Positions 60,258 to 64,000 of a stretch of DNA of 64,000 nucleotides are shown here, in pieces (the first letter of the stretch is position 1; each line of letters starts with the position of its first letter). This DNA comes from Chitinophaga pinensis (GTDB lineage Bacteria; Bacteroidota; Bacteroidia; NS11-12g; UBA9320). The notes below the pieces were generated by a model. The model was given only the letters and a program-made list of their open reading frames with translations, did not search any database and was not told where the DNA came from. The stretch lies in the NCBI GenBank assembly GCA_945897885.1, contig CAMDGU010000002.1, forward strand, positions 18,307 through 82,306. Reading direction: 5' to 3'. Both the position numbers and the translations under genes were made by a program.

Positions 60258-61453
60258 TGAAAATTCTACAGGTTTCGCATAGAGTTCCATATCCTTTGAA
60301 TGAAGGGGGCACCATTGGTATTTATAACTATACCCGAGGATTTTATGAAGCAGGGCATAAGGTTACCCTTGTTTGCCTTAATGGGATAAAGCATGGTATT
60401 TATAATGATGAAGCTTATAGTGAATTAAAAAAATATTCGGATGTTTTCATTTTTGATATTGATACCAATGTAAAGCCAATACCTGCATTTCTAAACTTAT
60501 TTACCAAACAATCCTACAATGCCATTCGGTTTTACAACAGGAATTTTGAACGTTTTTTGCATAACCTTTTAACGTCCAATAGCTACGATATAATTCAGGT
60601 GGAAGGCACCTTTGTGGCCATGTATTACGATGTTTTAAGGAAATACAGCAAGGCTCCAATAATATTAAGGCAGCATAATGTTGAATATCAAATATGGCAA
60701 CGGCTGGCTGTAAACGAAACCAATCCTTTAAAAAAATGGTATCTCAATTTGCTTTCCAAAAGGCTTTATCAATTTGAGAAAGAATGTGTAAATAAATTTG
60801 ATGCCGTGGTTCCCGTAACGCCTGATGATGGGGAATTGTTTAAAAAAATGGGATGTAACAAACCAATTTTTGTTTCTCCGGCTGGTATTGATATCAACCA
60901 TTGGCAACCTTCAACCATAGAAAACCCATTTCATATCTTTCATTTAGGTTCGCTGGAATGGATGCCAAATAGGGAAGCTGTAATATGGTTTCTTAAAGAA
61001 GTTTGGCCTTTAATAATTGGTATTAACAAACGATTCCACTTATTTATTGCAGGTAAAAACATGCCCGATTTTATGAAGCAAATGAAATATGAAAATGTAA
61101 TAATGGTTGGGGAAGTAAAAGATGGTGCCAAATTTGTTTCAGACAAAGCCATTACAGTCGTTCCTTTACTTTCAGGTAGTGGAATTCGTTTAAAAATATT
61201 AGAAGCCATGGCTGCTTCCAAATTGGTTATTTCAACTACAATAGGTGCACAGGGAATTGATTATGAAAACGGAAAAAATATCTTGATAGCCGATAAGCCG
61301 GAGGAATTTGCAGCCGTCTTTAAGCAAATTGATTTAGATGCCAATCATTATTCTACAGTAAGTAAAAATGGATATGAATTAATAAAATCTCACTATTCAA
61401 ATGATGCCGTTATTCAGAGGCTGCTGAATTTTTATAAAACATTAACAAGTTGA
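60257..61453 (+). CDS. Glycosyltransferase family 4 (GT-B, RfaG-like)
   Basis: N-terminal MKILQVSHRVPYPLNEGG... and C-terminal E-x7-E region (ILEAMAASKLVISTTIGAQGI). ATGA overlap with the permease gene. Confidence 0.8.
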   Translation: MKILQVSHRVPYPLNEGGTIGIYNYTRGFYEAGHKVTLVCLNGIKHGIYNDEAYSELKKYSDVFIFDIDTNVKPIPAFLNLFTKQSYNAIRFYNRNFERFLHNLLTSNSYDIIQVEGTFVAMYYDVLRKYSKAPIILRQHNVEYQIWQRLAVNETNPLKKWYLNLLSKRLYQFEKECVNKFDAVVPVTPDDGELFKKMGCNKPIFVSPAGIDINHWQPSTIENPFHIFHLGSLEWMPNREAVIWFLKEVWPLIIGINKRFHLFIAGKNMPDFMKQMKYENVIMVGEVKDGAKFVSDKAITVVPLLSGSGIRLKILEAMAASKLVISTTIGAQGIDYENGKNILIADKPEEFAAVFKQIDLDANHYSTVSKNGYELIKSHYSNDAVIQRLLNFYKTLTS

Positions 61454-61708
61454 TAGTTATAAAAACCCAATTCATTAAATTTCATATTTATACAATAGGA
61501 ATATTATTATTTAAATTAAGATAATCAAAATTAATTAAGATTTGAAAAAATTAAGTATGAATATATCGTTAATAAAATACTAAAGAATTATAATTTAAAA
61601 AAAACGAATTAACATAAAAGAAAGGTTATTTTCACTACAAAATAACATATAATAACAGAACCATTAATACACTCGAAATTATTTTTGACGCATCAAAGTA
61701 AAAAAAAT

Positions 61709-64000
61709 ATGATGCTAAAAAGTATTACTAATCGCAAATGGATTGGTCTGTTGTTTTTGAATTTTTTAATTTCAACACCAATTTTATTATTTTCCCAAGA
61801 TCTTCTAATTAATGGTAAAATCAATGATGCTACATCAAAATTGCCGATAGAAGGAGTGACAATTGTTTTAAAAAATACCCGTATAGGTACAATTTCTGAC
61901 AGTAAAGGTGAATTTACAATATCAGCTTCAAAAGGTGCTGAATTGATTTTAAGCAATATTGGTTATGAAACCAGAACCATAATTGTAGAAGGCACTTCTT
62001 TATCTGTTTTAATGGAACCAAATTCAATTGAATTAAAGGATTTGGTGATAACAGCCTTAGGGGTTAAAAAAAATAAGAAATACATAAGCTATGCAACTCA
62101 AGAAGTTCAAGGTGAGGATTTAGTCAAAGCCAGGGACCCAAATCCTATTACAACCTTAACCGGTAAAGTTGCGGGCTTAACCGTGGGTGCTTCAGCCGAG
62201 ATGTTAGGAAATCCGCAAGTACTAATGAGAGGAAGCCCCATATACCTCTATGTAGTGGATGGTGTACCAATTAATTCTGATACTTGGAATATAAATGGTG
62301 ACGATATTGAAAGTTATACCATATTAAAAGGACCTGTTGCTTCTGCTCTTTACGGATACCGTGGACAAAATGGTGCTATTATTATCAATACTAAAAAAGG
62401 AAGCAAAGCTAAACGCGGCTTTGGTGTTGAATTTAATAGCAGTACAGTTTTTCAAAAAGGATTTATTGCATTGCCAATGACTCAGGACCTTTATGGCCCC
62501 GGTGATCATGGAAAATATGAGTTTGTTGATGGTAAAGGTGCCGGAGTAAATGATGGAGACTATGACATTTGGGGTCCTAAATTTGATGGACGTCTTTTAC
62601 CTCAATACGATAGCCCGGTGGATCCAATCACAGGCAAGAGAACCCCAACTCCATGGACAGCCAGAGGAAAGGACAACTTAAAAAGATTTATTCAAACAGG
62701 AATATTAACAAATAATAGTATTGCAATTTCATCTAGTGGTGAAAAGCATGATTTAAGATTTTCTGTTTCAAATTCATACCAAAGAGGTATTATTCCAAAT
62801 ACTGACCTTACAACATTGAATTTTAATTTGGCTAATACATTAAGAATGACCAAAAAATTAAAATTGGATGCAAACTTAAATTTTAATAAACAATTCACAG
62901 AAAACATTCCTGACGTAAACTATGGTCCAAACAGTGTTATTTACAACATGACCATTTGGGGAGGTGCCGATTGGGATGTAAGAGATATGGAAAATTACTG
63001 GCAACCCGGTAAAGAAGGAATTCAAAGTGTATATGCTGAATATCAAAGATATCACAACCCTTACTTTATGAGTTATGAGTGGTTGAGAGGTCATCAAAAA
63101 AACGATATTTATGGTTACACTTCCTTAACTTATAAGTTTAATAAATACTTAGATTTAATTGGACGTACTTCTATTACTACTTATGATTTAACCAGAAACG
63201 AGAAAATGCCATTTTCTGCTCACCCTTATGGCAGAGAAGAAGGAAGAGGGGATTACAGAGAAGACAAGCGTTCTCTATTTGAAAACAATACGGAAGCGAT
63301 ATTAAGAATTAGTGCACCAAAGGTTGCTAATTTCCTTGAGATTAATGGACTAGTTGGAGGTAACCTACGTTTGTTTAATTATGCTTCAAGTTTTGTTACC
63401 ACAGATTACTTGAATGTACCAAATGTTTACAACTTCGCTAATAGTGCTAGACCTGTAAAAGCATACAACTTCAACTCTGATATGAGAGTTCAAAGTGCAT
63501 TTTATTCTTTTGATTTTGCGCTTAGCAAATATGCTAATTTAACAACTTCAGGTAGGGTAGATAAACTATCGGCTTTGAAAAAAGATAACAATACATTCTT
63601 TTATCCATCTATAAATGCTAATACAGTAATTTCTGAATACGTTAACTTACCTGAAATTATCAACTTCTTAAAAATCAGAGGATCGTATGCGCAAAGCAGA
63701 GGTGGAGGAGCATTTGTTGCAAACACAATTGGTACTACTCCAAACTATGCTTATCCAGTTGGCTATGGAACACAATATTCTTCAACTTATGGCGGTCCAT
63801 CCTATTCTTTTAATGATGTTTATAGTACTTCCATTGGCCAAAACAACTCTGCTGCAACCCGTTTTTCAAATAATTTGATTGATGAAAATATTAAGCCCGA
63901 TAACAGAACAAATTCAGAATTTGGTTTAGATGTTAAATTATTTAAAAACAGAGTTGGATTAGATGTTACATATTTTAGCTATATTGATGGTCCTCAAATA
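61709..64000 (+). CDS. SusC/RagA-family TonB-dependent outer-membrane receptor (5' portion; continues past the window end)
   Basis: Open frame from ATG 61709 to the window edge (764 codons, no stop). Signal peptide, carboxypeptidase-regulatory-like domain (INGKINDATSKLPIEGVTIVLKNTRIGTISDSKGEFTI), TonB plug (LMRGSPIYLYVVDGVPI...), then barrel strands. Absent from the ORF track because it has no stop codon in the window. Confidence 0.85.
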   Translation, partial: MMLKSITNRKWIGLLFLNFLISTPILLFSQDLLINGKINDATSKLPIEGVTIVLKNTRIGTISDSKGEFTISASKGAELILSNIGYETRTIIVEGTSLSVLMEPNSIELKDLVITALGVKKNKKYISYATQEVQGEDLVKARDPNPITTLTGKVAGLTVGASAEMLGNPQVLMRGSPIYLYVVDGVPINSDTWNINGDDIESYTILKGPVASALYGYRGQNGAIIINTKKGSKAKRGFGVEFNSSTVFQKGFIALPMTQDLYGPGDHGKYEFVDGKGAGVNDGDYDIWGPKFDGRLLPQYDSPVDPITGKRTPTPWTARGKDNLKRFIQTGILTNNSIAISSSGEKHDLRFSVSNSYQRGIIPNTDLTTLNFNLANTLRMTKKLKLDANLNFNKQFTENIPDVNYGPNSVIYNMTIWGGADWDVRDMENYWQPGKEGIQSVYAEYQRYHNPYFMSYEWLRGHQKNDIYGYTSLTYKFNKYLDLIGRTSITTYDLTRNEKMPFSAHPYGREEGRGDYREDKRSLFENNTEAILRISAPKVANFLEINGLVGGNLRLFNYASSFVTTDYLNVPNVYNFANSARPVKAYNFNSDMRVQSAFYSFDFALSKYANLTTSGRVDKLSALKKDNNTFFYPSINANTVISEYVNLPEIINFLKIRGSYAQSRGGGAFVANTIGTTPNYAYPVGYGTQYSSTYGGPSYSFNDVYSTSIGQNNSAATRFSNNLIDENIKPDNRTNSEFGLDVKLFKNRVGLDVTYFSYIDGPQI

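Noticed and set aside
61693-61956. 87-aa minus-strand ORF
   Set aside because: It overlaps the start and signal peptide of the SusC-like gene on the opposite strand, so it is spurious.

Overview
This 64-kb window looks like chromosomal DNA from an AT-rich Bacteroidota genome (Flavobacteriia/Sphingobacteriia/Cytophagia-like). Supporting evidence from the sequence: a fused LpxC-FabZ gene, several type IX secretion (T9SS) cargo proteins with type-A or type-B C-terminal sorting domains, a PorP/SprF-like gene, a SusC-type TonB receptor, and promoters matching the TTTG/TAnnTTTG pattern. It carries about 45 protein genes, almost all housekeeping or cell-envelope functions. 

These include the ParE-ParC topoisomerase IV operon, dnaN followed by an lpxD, lpxC/fabZ, lpxA, ABC ATPase, LptF/G permease and GT4 glycosyltransferase cluster, smpB, uvrD/pcrA, an ABC-F ATPase, FTCD, ornithine aminotransferase, inorganic pyrophosphatase and a 2-oxoacid dehydrogenase E2. 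There are two tRNA genes (Gly-GCC and Leu-TAA) and four large T9SS surface proteins of 2412, 1153, 806 and 923 aa. I found no CRISPR array, integrase, transposase or recognisable defence locus, and cannot support a claim of a novel defence system here. 

The points most worth a second look are:
- A type-B T9SS cargo gene immediately followed by a PorP/SprF gene fused to a C-terminal SPOR domain, preceded by a perfect 15-bp inverted-repeat operator.
- A LytTR-family response regulator that has decayed into a stand-alone receiver ORF plus a LytTR remnant with one frameshift and two in-frame nonsense codons.
- Two genes interrupted in homopolymer A/T tracts (a lipoprotein signal peptide and an SRPBCC protein).
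- A two-copy 26-bp direct repeat with an embedded hairpin in an operon spacer.
- A roughly 1-kb ORF-free gap after uvrD.

Several ORF-track starts are alternative-codon artefacts (the track writes TTG/GTG starts as M). I re-placed them on in-frame ATGs where a signal peptide or conserved N-terminus supported it.
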